DNA of 60,994 nucleotides from Parcubacteria group bacterium GW2011_GWD2_38_11 (GTDB lineage Bacteria; Patescibacteriota; Minisyncoccia; Moranbacterales; GWC2-37-73). The DNA is taken from the NCBI GenBank assembly GCA_000992325.1, contig LBTZ01000001.1, forward strand, positions 1-60,994, written 5' to 3'. Positions 1-9,426 of the stretch are shown one piece after another. How positions within the stretch are numbered: the first letter of the stretch is position 1; every line of letters begins with the position of its first letter. The notes below the pieces were generated by a model. That model saw nothing but the letters and a program-made list of their open reading frames with translations, searched no databases and was not told the origin of the DNA. The position numbers and the translations under genes were made by a program.

Positions 1-730
1 ATCTTGAATTTTACAATACTGAAAGACTGCACATGGGCATAGACTTTAAAACCCCAAATTCCTTAGTTAAGTGTTTCCAAGCTATTGGATAGAAGACGGC
101 AAGCAATTTTCCCACCGTGAAATATCCATACGCATTGAAGGTACTAAAATTCATTCAGATATTATGCATTATCGCGATATGAAAAACAGAAGCAGACAAC
201 TGGCAATCCCGCGCACCATCACACTGCAACTTGGCACGCTGTTTGGTTTTTTCTTCTTTAACTCTACATTGGTTGCAATAAAAAGTGTTTTGTTTTCAAT
301 GATCGCACTCTCCTGCTACTACCTATGCATCGGTGTTCAAAAAGCACTTTCAAAAATTTAACAAAAAAATACTTTTATTTTTTCAGAAATGAAATATATG
401 CAAACTGATACGGTAGTATTATGCATCTGAGAAAAAACTTCAGAAAAAAAATTATTTATTAACAATAAATACAATGAGAGGGGGAATCATTTATTTATTA
501 GGCTGTTTTGACTGTGTCAAAAATATGCCACTAAAGGCCGACGAATGTTCATTACAAAAATGTAATGAGTGTCCGTTGGCTTTTTGAATTCCAATAATTA
601 TTAACGTCATTCATTTTAAATTCGAGCAGAGAGGTTTCCATTTTAAATAATGAAATAGAGGAAGGAAATCTTACTTTTTGAAAAAAATGCAGGCAATAGA
701 AAGGCCAGCTAGAAAGAGAGGTGAAAGAAC

Positions 731-1288
731 ATGAAAAAAATATTAGCAATAATTCCAACTCTTGCGCTCGTGTTTGCTTTTTCAACATCATTTGCCTTTG
801 CATCTGATCGAAACAATTCCTGTTGCAATGACTCACATGACAAGAAAGTAACATGCTGCCCATCAGTTGAAATTGAAAATACTAATGATGCAAAAACTTA
901 CAACAATGTCACGTCTTTTTCAGACACCGGACTTAACAAGATTTTATCCAGTTTTGGAAAAAAGACTCATTCATCTCGTCATCATGATGAGGACAATGGA
1001 CTCACGGGTATAGCCAAAATCCTTTCTGGCGCTGCAGAATCATTTGCAGGAACTGAGACCTATGCCAATGACACAAGAATTGTTGTTGACGAACCAGAAA
1101 AAGGAAAAGTTGAAATCGAAAACACGAACGAAGCACTCACCACTAACAATGTGACTTCGTCTGCAAGCACAGGTTACAACTTTATTTCTGCTAAGGGCAT
1201 TAAAAGTGTTATCAAAACTGGATATGCAGGTTCACAATCCAGTGCAATAACAATGGTTAACAGCAATGTGATCAAGATCACAGATTAA
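731..1288 (+). CDS. Small secreted repeat protein (signal peptide, CC..CC motif, two Asn-rich repeat modules)
   Basis: 185-aa ORF. N-terminus MKKILAIIPTLALVFAFSTSFAFA looks like a signal peptide. A CCNDSHDKKVTCC motif is followed by two copies of VEIENTN(D/E)A.T.NNVTS...TG.N.I. The same module occurs in the next ORF. Confidence 0.6.
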   Translation: MKKILAIIPTLALVFAFSTSFAFASDRNNSCCNDSHDKKVTCCPSVEIENTNDAKTYNNVTSFSDTGLNKILSSFGKKTHSSRHHDEDNGLTGIAKILSGAAESFAGTETYANDTRIVVDEPEKGKVEIENTNEALTTNNVTSSASTGYNFISAKGIKSVIKTGYAGSQSSAITMVNSNVIKITD

Positions 1289-1371
1289 TCATTCAATTGA
1301 CGGGAAAAAGAGGGTGGCTTTCTCCACCCTCTGCTCATCCCCTCGGTGACCATTATCTTATAGACAAAAAA

Positions 1372-4173
1372 ATGAAACGTAAGAATTCAAAACAAAAAAA
1401 AGCATCCAGCAAAATGATCAATGAAAAAATAGTTCCGTTGATGATTATTTTTGTTATGATTTTTTATCCACTCCTCTTCCCTCTTTGGATCATTCAAGCA
1501 GAGGAAGAATTAGTTGCAACAACAAACGCAAGCGAAGACATCAAGCCAGCACCCATAGAAAAAGAAGATCCGCCTAAGGACGCTGAAGAAGAAGCGCCAG
1601 CTGAGGAACCCACAAAAGTGGAGGAAAAGATTGTCGAAGAAACAGTGAGCGAAACAGAAACCAATTCAAATCAGACAACCCAAGCAGAAATTTCAGCAGA
1701 TTCAGCCACCAATGATAATAGCATTAACCAAAATCAGATTAGCGACAGTGAAACAGCTGAAGAATCAATTGATTTGAATCTGCCCGAACAGCAACAAGAA
1801 GAAAGCACCCTTGAAAATGAAACTGCCCCAATTCAACAAGATCCAGCAAATGTTTGCTGCGATGTCGACAACAATTGCTGCTCAGATGCTGCAATCGAAA
1901 ATGACAACGACGCAGAAATTTCCAACACCGCAGACTCAATTTCCAATACTGGAAATAATTCTATTAACGATTCACAAAATACAAACACTGATGAAACAAC
2001 AGATAATGACAATGATGATTCCAATGAGTCCACTAGCGATCAATCAACCAACAATGAAACCGAAGATGAGTCGGCTATAAATTCAGAATTAGAAAACGGA
2101 GAAATGTCCACTGGCAATGCGATCGCCGACAACACCATCGTAAATGAGGCGAACACAAATATTGTCAGTGAAAATTATATTGACTCCGTCATAAACATCA
2201 CCGGCGATGAAAGTTATGACATCAATTTACTTGAGCAATTTCAAAACTTGCTTGGAGAAGCTGAGAAATTGAACACTGCCAATCTGGAAGCGCTCACTAT
2301 TGAAAATAACAACACTGCCAACATCACAAACGATATACAGATAATCGCAAATTCTGGTGAGAACACCATTGCTGCAAGTGAAGAAACTGAAGATGCTCAA
2401 ATTGCCACTGGCGATGCAACCGCCGACAGCAACATTATAAATATCATCAACCGCAACTTGATTGGCAACACTTGGATTTTCTCCGTCATTAATGTATTGG
2501 GAAATTGGGTGGGCGATCTCATTGTGCCAGGAGAAGGGCTGCTCGAAACTCCAACTTCTCAACTTGCAACTAATCTGGAAATTATCAATGAAAATGAAGC
2601 AACCATTGTCAACAACAGCAACACCAACGCGGACTCCGGTGGAAATTTGATCGCGGATGCAGAAAATTCCTTAATATCAACCGGAATAACTTCGTCATCA
2701 TCAGAAATAACAAACGTCGTAAACACAAATATAATTCAAAATAACTGGTTTGTTTTGCTCATAAATAATCTTGGAGTATGGTCTGGAAAAATTTTAGGAT
2801 GGGATGAAGCTGACGACGAGAAGAGCAATGTGTATGAATATAATTTCGAAACAAATACTGAAGAAGATTTTCTCACATCAATGTATTCGTTTTTATCAAT
2901 TCATAATATCAATCAAGCAACAATAACAAATAATGCCAGTGCCAGTGCAACTACTGGCAACAATTCAATAACGGGAGGTGGAGAAAACGCAACCATACAA
3001 ACAGGAAATGCATCCGCTAGCACCAACATCGTCAATATTGCAAACACAAATATAGTCGGCAACAATTGGATATTTGCAATTGTGAATGTAATGGGATCCT
3101 GGACTGGAAACACCGTCTTTGCATATCCCGATCTTGCCCTATCTATTAGCGATGGAATCCAACAAGTCAATTCTGGAGGTTTGTTGACCTATACTGTCTC
3201 CTATGAAAATATTGGCCAAGCAAATTGCGATGACGCTCAAGTTTCAATTGAACTTCCCGATACCTTAACTTATCAATCCAGCAGCGCACAGCAATTATCC
3301 AATGCGAAAAATTCTGCCCACATTTGGTCACTAGGAAAAATAAATGCCGGAGAAAAAAAATCATTTGCATTTACGGTGATTGCAAACAATAATGGCGAAA
3401 CTGCTCCAACCAGCGTCAGCGCCACCATTTCAACAAACACCAAGGAAACAGAACTTCTCAACAACTCTGCCTCGGATGAAACAATAATTTTATCCAAACA
3501 AATGACTAGCAATGAACTTGAAGAATTTGAAGAATTTGATCCTGATTCACACTTAAAAATATCCAGACCTGCGATGGATTATCCATCTGTGCCGACCGGA
3601 AACATCGTGGAGCAATTTATATATGTCGAGAATGACGGAGATGACCCACTCGGCAATATCGTTGTCACGGAAGCAGTCATAAATCCAAATGATGAAATAG
3701 TTGGAAAATATTTATGGAACATACCAGTGTTAAACAAAAATGAAAAAGTTATAATCACCTATCAATTGATGATAGGCGCTGATGCAGCAGCCGGAACATA
3801 TACCTATCGCGCACGCGGCGTGGCAGTAAACTCAATAGGCGAAAAAGTAACCAGCAACAAAGCCTTAAACAACCTCATCGTTTTTGCAATGTATTATAAC
3901 AATAAACAAGATGCTACTGATTTTTCGCCGACAAGCATCAACACTAGTGATATTATAAATTATGACAACAAAAATATTTTAGGTGCGGCAACAACCAATA
4001 ACAAAGCTGCTCCACTCTGGCTTCTAGTAACAGCTATTCTCATATACACACTTACGGGAGTTGCCTGGCTTCTGTCAAAAAAACTCAATCTGGAAACAAT
4101 TACATTGAAAGAAAACTTGCTAAAAAATAGAACCGATTGGGGAACTGTTCATAAAATTTATCCTAGGGAATAA
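1372..4173 (+). CDS. Large cell-surface protein: N-terminal TM/signal, acidic low-complexity region, CC..CC motif, repeated IEN.N..A...N....(S/T)G.N modules, two DUF11-like Ig-fold repeats, C-terminal TM anchor
   Basis: The ORF track gives 1297..4173 (TTG start). The ATG at 1372 (MKRKNSKQKK...) precedes a hydrophobic segment. CCDVDNNCC is followed by at least 5 Asn-rich modules, each ending in a (W/Y)I(F/D)..(I/L)N..G.W.G segment. LTYTVSYENIGQA and IVEQFIYVENDGDDPLGNI resemble DUF11 repeats. C-terminal hydrophobic helix PLWLLVTAILIYTLTGVAWLL. Confidence 0.65.
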   Translation: MKRKNSKQKKASSKMINEKIVPLMIIFVMIFYPLLFPLWIIQAEEELVATTNASEDIKPAPIEKEDPPKDAEEEAPAEEPTKVEEKIVEETVSETETNSNQTTQAEISADSATNDNSINQNQISDSETAEESIDLNLPEQQQEESTLENETAPIQQDPANVCCDVDNNCCSDAAIENDNDAEISNTADSISNTGNNSINDSQNTNTDETTDNDNDDSNESTSDQSTNNETEDESAINSELENGEMSTGNAIADNTIVNEANTNIVSENYIDSVINITGDESYDINLLEQFQNLLGEAEKLNTANLEALTIENNNTANITNDIQIIANSGENTIAASEETEDAQIATGDATADSNIINIINRNLIGNTWIFSVINVLGNWVGDLIVPGEGLLETPTSQLATNLEIINENEATIVNNSNTNADSGGNLIADAENSLISTGITSSSSEITNVVNTNIIQNNWFVLLINNLGVWSGKILGWDEADDEKSNVYEYNFETNTEEDFLTSMYSFLSIHNINQATITNNASASATTGNNSITGGGENATIQTGNASASTNIVNIANTNIVGNNWIFAIVNVMGSWTGNTVFAYPDLALSISDGIQQVNSGGLLTYTVSYENIGQANCDDAQVSIELPDTLTYQSSSAQQLSNAKNSAHIWSLGKINAGEKKSFAFTVIANNNGETAPTSVSATISTNTKETELLNNSASDETIILSKQMTSNELEEFEEFDPDSHLKISRPAMDYPSVPTGNIVEQFIYVENDGDDPLGNIVVTEAVINPNDEIVGKYLWNIPVLNKNEKVIITYQLMIGADAAAGTYTYRARGVAVNSIGEKVTSNKALNNLIVFAMYYNNKQDATDFSPTSINTSDIINYDNKNILGAATTNNKAAPLWLLVTAILIYTLTGVAWLLSKKLNLETITLKENLLKNRTDWGTVHKIYPRE

Positions 4174-4184
4174 AACTTACAAAA

Positions 4185-4215
4185 AGCGTCCCGACACATC
4201 GGGACGCTTTTGATT
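4185..4215. terminator. Bidirectional rho-independent terminator between convergent genes
   Basis: Hairpin agcgtcccga-caca-tcgggacgct flanked by A-run and T-run. Confidence 0.7.
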
Positions 4216-4224
4216 TTTTGAAAG

Positions 4225-5622
4225 CTATCTAAGTTTTTCTGTGAAGTATGTTTGCAATGCATCAATTTTAATTCTCTCTTGTTTCATTGTATCACGATCG
4301 CGAACTGTTACAGTGTCATCTTCAAGCGAATCAAAATCAACTGTCACGCAATATGGTGTTCCAATCTCATCTTGTCTGCGATATCTTTTTCCAACATTTC
4401 CGTTGTCATCAAACTCACACATAAAATCTTCGCTCAGATTTTGGAAAATTTCTTTGGCCTTTGCAACTAACTCTGGTTTATTTTTCATCAATGGAAAAAC
4501 TGCCACTTTAATTGGCGCAACAGCTTTGGGAAATTTCATCACAATTCTAGTTCCACCATCCCCGTCTGCCGATGAGGCAGAGTCCAATTTTTCCTCGGTA
4601 TAACCCGCGCAAATCGCAGTCAAAATCAAACGGTCCAAACCAACCGTCGGCTCAAGCACGTGCGGAGTGTAACGCTTATTGGCAACCGCATCAAAATAAT
4701 CCAGTTTTTCTCCAGAGAATTTTGAATGCTGCGTCAAATCAAAATCGCCACGATGTGCCAAACCAAAAAGTTCTCCAAATCCAAACGGGAAATTATATTC
4801 CGTATCAATGGTCTTTTTAGAATAATGCGAAAGTTTCGCCTTCGGATGTTCATAGCGACGCAAGTCTTCTTTTTTGGCACCAATAGAAAGTGCAAATTCC
4901 TCCTGTTCATCCAACCATTTTTCAAATAGCGGTTCCCACTTAGTTTCCGGTTCAATGAAATATTCAATTTCCATTTGTTCAAATTCTCGAATTCTAAAAA
5001 TGAAATTTCTCGCCACAATTTCATTGCGAAATGCTTTTCCAATTTGTGCAATTCCAAATGGAATTTTCACGCGCATTGAATCAACCACATTTTTGTAATC
5101 AGAAAAAATTGCTCCTGCAGTTTCAGGACGAAGATATATTGGACCATCAACACTATTCATTTCGGTTTGAAACATCTGACTCATATTGCGAACATCGGTC
5201 CAGTCTGATTTTCCACACTGCGGACATTTGAGTCCTGCTTGCAAAGTCTGCGTCATTTTTTCTAATTCCCCTTCCATATCCTCTCCAGTCAATTCTTTCA
5301 CAATATGATCAGCCCTAAATCTTTTCTTGCAGTTTTTACAATCAACAGAAGCATCATTGAATCCTCCAATGTGACCGGAAGCTTCCCAGAGTTTAGTGTT
5401 GAGCAAAATCGGTCCATCCATTCCAACAATGTCCTCACGTTTTTGCACAAACTTTTTCCACCACATCTTTTTGATATTGTTTTTCAGTTCCGTTCCATAT
5501 GGACCATAGCTATATGAATTTGCCAATCCTCCATAAATTTCAGAGGTTGGGAAAATAAAACCCCTTCTTTTGCAAAACGACACGATGTCCTCCATCTTTG
5601 TTACCTTCTTTTCTTCAGCCAT
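4225..5622 (-). CDS. glyQS: Glycine--tRNA ligase (single-chain alpha2 type)
   Basis: 465-aa ORF. N-terminus MEDIVSFCKRRGFIFPTSEIYGGLANSYSYGPYGTELKNNIKKMWW and the overall class II aaRS layout are typical of GlyQS. A T-box leader lies upstream. Confidence 0.95.
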   Translation of the reverse strand: MAEEKKVTKMEDIVSFCKRRGFIFPTSEIYGGLANSYSYGPYGTELKNNIKKMWWKKFVQKREDIVGMDGPILLNTKLWEASGHIGGFNDASVDCKNCKKRFRADHIVKELTGEDMEGELEKMTQTLQAGLKCPQCGKSDWTDVRNMSQMFQTEMNSVDGPIYLRPETAGAIFSDYKNVVDSMRVKIPFGIAQIGKAFRNEIVARNFIFRIREFEQMEIEYFIEPETKWEPLFEKWLDEQEEFALSIGAKKEDLRRYEHPKAKLSHYSKKTIDTEYNFPFGFGELFGLAHRGDFDLTQHSKFSGEKLDYFDAVANKRYTPHVLEPTVGLDRLILTAICAGYTEEKLDSASSADGDGGTRIVMKFPKAVAPIKVAVFPLMKNKPELVAKAKEIFQNLSEDFMCEFDDNGNVGKRYRRQDEIGTPYCVTVDFDSLEDDTVTVRDRDTMKQERIKIDALQTYFTEKLR

Positions 5623-5633
5623 ATTTTTATTAG

Positions 5634-5737
5634 AGCGAGGGTATTTTTTATTTTTTCACTAAAAACAAGTCACCTTGGCGTTATGTCAAAAGTTGCAATT
5701 GTTTTTCCGTGACAAAAATAAAATATACCCGAGCGAT
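5634..5737. mobile_element. ~100-nt long-hairpin repeat element (family E), copy 1, in the glyQS 5' UTR
   Basis: Arms gggtattttttattttttcac / gtgacaaaaataaaatataccc. Conserved apical segment ccttggcgttatgtcaaaagttgcaatt. Related copies at 20159-20265 and 53094-53197, partial copy at 46296-46378. Confidence 0.7.
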
Positions 5738-5780
5738 TTTAATTATGAAATAAAAAACCATACTTTCTGCGTCAAACAAG

Positions 5781-5810
5781 GGCTGGATTCCCGTTTTCAC
5801 GGGAATGACA
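5781..5810. repeat. Family A palindromic unit (ggattcccgttttcacgggaatgaca)
   Basis: Hairpin ggattcccg-tttt-cacgggaat plus gaca tail. Same unit at 19578, 23722, 41395, 43107 and 51917. Confidence 0.8.
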
Positions 5811-5814
5811 CAAT

Positions 5815-5990
5815 AAGAAAAAAGACCCATCCTGCACGCACCAAATAAATTGATGTGTACGGGACGAGTCTTGCTCGCGGTTCCACCCGACTTTCCTGTC
5901 ACTCGCGAGTGACGGGACAACTCTTTTTTATGCAAATTGATTCTTGGCTTATCCAAGGGAAAAGGAGCCACCCCTTTCTCAACCTCACAT
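5815..5990 (-). promoter_or_regulatory. T-box riboswitch leader (glycine) of glyQS
   Basis: The minus-strand RNA contains AAGUCGGGUGGAACCGCGAG (plus 5874-5893), matching the T-box consensus GGGUGGNACCGCG. Downstream is a terminator stem GACUCGUCC/GGAUGGGUC plus U6 (plus 5815-5870). A GGC triplet lies in an upstream hairpin loop (GGUGGCU). Confidence 0.8.
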
Positions 5991-5996
5991 AGCTCT

Positions 5997-6025
5997 ATTA
6001 TACTCCTATTGACTAATTTTGTCAA
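5997..6025 (-). promoter_or_regulatory. Sigma70-type promoter for the T-box/glyQS transcript
   Basis: Minus strand reads TTGACA, a 17-nt spacer, then TATAAT (perfect consensus hexamers). Confidence 0.7.
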
Positions 6026-6166
6026 TGATGCTATGATTGTTTTTTATGTTAATACCCTTCAGTTGTTTGGTCATCAAGCGTATCTATACATAAAAAACAT
6101 TTAATTTTTTGTGTATACGATTCTTGCTTGGAAGCTTCTTCCCAGTTTGTTTTGTTTAAAATATAC

Positions 6167-7387
6167 ATGCATAGCAGAAACTTCAAAGCGGGCAGTTCGC
6201 GCCCAACGCGCTCAAGAGCGCCATTCCAAGGCGGACAAAAAAATTCATTCAATAACCAAGGTGGTCGCAAAAAACGTTTTACTGGGTCATATATTGATAT
6301 CAGTCGTTTTATCAATAAGGCTGCCCCAATTGTAGAAGCTGAGGCCTATATCCCAGACACTATTTTTGCTGATTTCAAAATAGAAGAATCAATAAAGAAA
6401 AATGTTATTGCTCGTGGATATTTACACCCAACGCCAATTCAAGATAAAACCATCCCCCACATTCTCGAAGGAAAAGATTTGATTGGACTAGCCAACACTG
6501 GCACAGGAAAAACTGGAGCATTCTTGCTTCCGATGCTTGATAAGATTATCAAAAACCCAAGTGAAAAACTTTTGGTCGTGGTTCCAACTCGCGAACTAGC
6601 TATTCAGATTCAAGAAGAATTCCGCGCTTTTGCTGCTGGACTTCGCATCGGATCAGTGGTGGTGGTTGGTGGTGCCAACATTCGAACTCAAATCGAATGT
6701 CTTCGCTCACGCTACAATGTTGTGATTGGAACACCAGGACGACTCAAGGATTTGATCCAACGCAAAAATCTTCATCTCAACACTTTTGCAAATGTGGTTC
6801 TTGATGAAGCAGACAGAATGCTCGATATGGGATTTATGCCTGATGTGCGATATTTGCTTTCACTTGTTGCCCCAAAAAGACAGACTTTATTTTTCTCAGC
6901 AACACTAGCGCCAGAAATTGAAAAATTGATTCAAGAATTTTTGGTTGATCCAATTAAAATTTCTATCAAGACACGAGAAACTTCTGCCAACATTGATCAA
7001 GATGTTGTGCGTGTCAAACCGGGAGAAGATAAAATTGAAGTCTTGCAAGATCTTTTGCGCAAAGCAAATTTTTCAAAAGTTTTGATTTTTTCTCGAACCA
7101 AACACGGAGCTGAAAAACTTTCAATCATTTTGAGCAAAAACGGATTCAAAGCTCAATCAATTCACGGAGACAAATCACACGCCAAAAGACAAAAGGCTTT
7201 GAAACTTTTCAAAGAAAATTATGTTGAAATTTTGGTAGCAACCGACGTTGCTGCTCGCGGATTGGACATTCCAAATGTTTCGCACGTGATCAACTTTGAT
7301 GTGCCTGCGACGTATGATGATTATGTTCACCGTATCGGACGAACCGGTCGCGCCGGCAAAACCGGAACAGCTCTGACTTTTGTGTAA
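6167..7387 (+). CDS. DEAD-box ATP-dependent RNA helicase
   Basis: Q motif GYLHPTPIQ, motif I ANTGTGKT, PTRELA, DEAD (VLDEADRM), SAT, HRIGRTGRAG. The N-terminal Arg/Gly-rich tail starts at the ATG at 6167; the ORF track's upstream start at 6128 is less likely. Confidence 0.9.
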   Translation: MHSRNFKAGSSRPTRSRAPFQGGQKNSFNNQGGRKKRFTGSYIDISRFINKAAPIVEAEAYIPDTIFADFKIEESIKKNVIARGYLHPTPIQDKTIPHILEGKDLIGLANTGTGKTGAFLLPMLDKIIKNPSEKLLVVVPTRELAIQIQEEFRAFAAGLRIGSVVVVGGANIRTQIECLRSRYNVVIGTPGRLKDLIQRKNLHLNTFANVVLDEADRMLDMGFMPDVRYLLSLVAPKRQTLFFSATLAPEIEKLIQEFLVDPIKISIKTRETSANIDQDVVRVKPGEDKIEVLQDLLRKANFSKVLIFSRTKHGAEKLSIILSKNGFKAQSIHGDKSHAKRQKALKLFKENYVEILVATDVAARGLDIPNVSHVINFDVPATYDDYVHRIGRTGRAGKTGTALTFV

Positions 7388-7415
7388 ACAAATTTCAAAA
7401 ATTGCATACAAAAAA

Positions 7416-7448
7416 ACAAGACTTCATTTCGATAGTCTTGTTTTTTTA
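7416..7448. terminator. Bidirectional terminator
   Basis: Hairpin acaagact-tcatttcgat-agtcttgt with flanking A7/T8 runs, between convergent genes. Confidence 0.7.
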
Positions 7449-7463
7449 TTTCCTAACCAATAA

Positions 7464-9233
7464 TCAAGATTCGCCAATTCCCTTGCTTTGGGCTTGCCAT
7501 AAGCTATGATAAACACCTTTCTTGGCTAAGAGCTCTTTATGATTGCCCTGTTCAACTATTTTTCCTTTTTCCAAGACAACAATATTATCAAAATCAACAA
7601 TCGTTGAAAGCCTGTGCGCAATAACAATAGTGGTAATGTTTCCTTTGGAAAGCTTTTCTATTTCTTCCTGTATTATCTTTTCTGATTTTGTATCAAGTGA
7701 GGCCGTGGCCTCATCAAAAATCAAAATTACAGGATCCTTAATTAACATTCTGGCAATTGCTACGCGCTGCTTTTCTCCACCCGACAATTTCACACCACGC
7801 TCGCCTACTATAGTCTCATAACCTTCAGGCAAATCCTTTGAAATAAAATTATGAATGTTTGCCATCTTGGCGACGCGCTCAACATCCTCTTTGGTTGCAT
7901 CGGGCTTTCCATATGCGATATTATGAAAAATTGTATCATTAAACAAAGTTGTATCTTGCGCCACAATACCAATATGCGCGCGCAAATCCTGCTGCTTAAG
8001 ATCTCTAATATCCACTCCATCAATAATGATTTTTCCACCACTAACATCGTATAATCTTAGCAACAATTTTGGAATGGTTGATTTTCCCGAGCCAGAATAT
8101 CCGACCAATGCAACTCTGTTTTTAAATGGTATAGACAACGATATCCCATTTAGCACCTCCCTTTCGCCAGAATAACCAAAACTCACATTTTCAAATTCGA
8201 TACTGCCAGTCCATTTTTCCAATTTTCTGGCATCAAGTTTATCCTGAATAGTATTTTTTTCCTTAAGCAATTTCATCATTTCATCAACATCGGCAAGCCC
8301 CTCTTTAATAGCGCGATAAGTAAAACCAAGAAATCCCAATGGCACAGCTATGCTTGCCAAATAAGTCGTGACCAGAACGAAATCTCCGATTGTCGCATCC
8401 CCATAAATATAGTGATTAACCGCTAGCACCAGGATAGCGGCCAATCCTGCAGTAATAATCAAACCCTGTCCCATATTCAAATTGGCCCCAGACCTAATAG
8501 ATTTAATAAACATACCAGACCACTTCCTTAGTTGTGTATCATATCTCTTATATTCATATTGTTCATTGGTAAAATATTTTACAGTATCATAATTAAGAAG
8601 TGCATCTATAGACTGACCGGTTGCCTTATCATCAAGTTTATTTGTTTCTAGCAGCAGCTGCTGTCTACGCTCAGTAATATAAATAGTAAAGGCAACATAT
8701 ACAATCACAAAAACCAAAAATGTGACCACGAACGACAAGGGGAAAAGTGCAATAAAAACAGCACCAACAAAAATGATTTGAATAATTGTCGGAACAACAT
8801 TGAATGACATAAACATAAAAATAGTTTCCAAGGCGTTTGTTCCGCGTGTTATCTTGCGAGATACCCTTCCCGTTGAACGATCAGCGTGAAAAGACGAGGG
8901 CAAAGAAAGTAAATGCTGGAAAACTTCTAGCGAAACCAATCTTCTAATATCGGCTTGCACCTTGGCAAAAACATAGTCCTTCATACCATCTAACACATTT
9001 CCACCCCATTGCAAGGCAAAAAACAGCACCAATAAATACGCTATCACAACAATAGAGGCTGAGGTTCCTTGGGTCACCAGCAAATCAATCAGTTTTTTCA
9101 TCACATAAGGCCCAGCCACGACCAACAATTTCGAGACAATAACCAAAAGAATGCTGAGGAAAATCCGACCCCTAAACATTCTGATGTATGGCATCAAATC
9201 CCGAATATTTATTTGTTGCATTTTCTTTTTCAT
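7464..9233 (-). CDS. ABC transporter, fused permease/ATPase (MsbA/ATM1-like exporter)
   Basis: 589 aa. N-terminal six-helix TMD. Walker A GYSGSGKST, signature LSGGEKQRVAIAR, Walker B ILIFDEATASLD. Confidence 0.9.
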   Translation of the reverse strand: MKKKMQQINIRDLMPYIRMFRGRIFLSILLVIVSKLLVVAGPYVMKKLIDLLVTQGTSASIVVIAYLLVLFFALQWGGNVLDGMKDYVFAKVQADIRRLVSLEVFQHLLSLPSSFHADRSTGRVSRKITRGTNALETIFMFMSFNVVPTIIQIIFVGAVFIALFPLSFVVTFLVFVIVYVAFTIYITERRQQLLLETNKLDDKATGQSIDALLNYDTVKYFTNEQYEYKRYDTQLRKWSGMFIKSIRSGANLNMGQGLIITAGLAAILVLAVNHYIYGDATIGDFVLVTTYLASIAVPLGFLGFTYRAIKEGLADVDEMMKLLKEKNTIQDKLDARKLEKWTGSIEFENVSFGYSGEREVLNGISLSIPFKNRVALVGYSGSGKSTIPKLLLRLYDVSGGKIIIDGVDIRDLKQQDLRAHIGIVAQDTTLFNDTIFHNIAYGKPDATKEDVERVAKMANIHNFISKDLPEGYETIVGERGVKLSGGEKQRVAIARMLIKDPVILIFDEATASLDTKSEKIIQEEIEKLSKGNITTIVIAHRLSTIVDFDNIVVLEKGKIVEQGNHKELLAKKGVYHSLWQAQSKGIGES

Positions 9234-9426
9234 AATTCTGGTTATTCCTTACTAATACAATTGGAGTCTTAATATTTTGCCAATCCAGTGTATTTCAAAA
9301 ATTTCCTACTGTTTTTGTTTATAATCCATCTTACTGCAGTTTTTTCTTATTGACCAACCACCCCATAATACAAAAAGAGGTGTCTGCGATCATATGATCA
9401 TTGCAGGCACCCCATATAATTCAGGG

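Noticed and set aside
71-361. 96-aa ORF at the left edge (GTG start; possible 65-aa two-TM product from an internal Met).
   Set aside because: There is no SD, no recognisable motif and no support from context. I cannot distinguish it from a chance ORF, so it is not reported as a feature.
4241-5517. Numerous 60-120-aa ORFs antisense to or overlapping glyQS (and similarly inside the ABC transporter, murA, mreB, the ATPase and other genes).
   Set aside because: They are fully embedded in long, motif-bearing genes on the other strand or frame. These are typical shadow ORFs of an AT-rich genome.
5681-6025. 114-aa minus-strand ORF upstream of glyQS.
   Set aside because: It overlaps the T-box motif, its terminator and two repeat elements. 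Its sequence (..KSGGTASKTRPVHINLF..) is translated RNA structure, not a gene.
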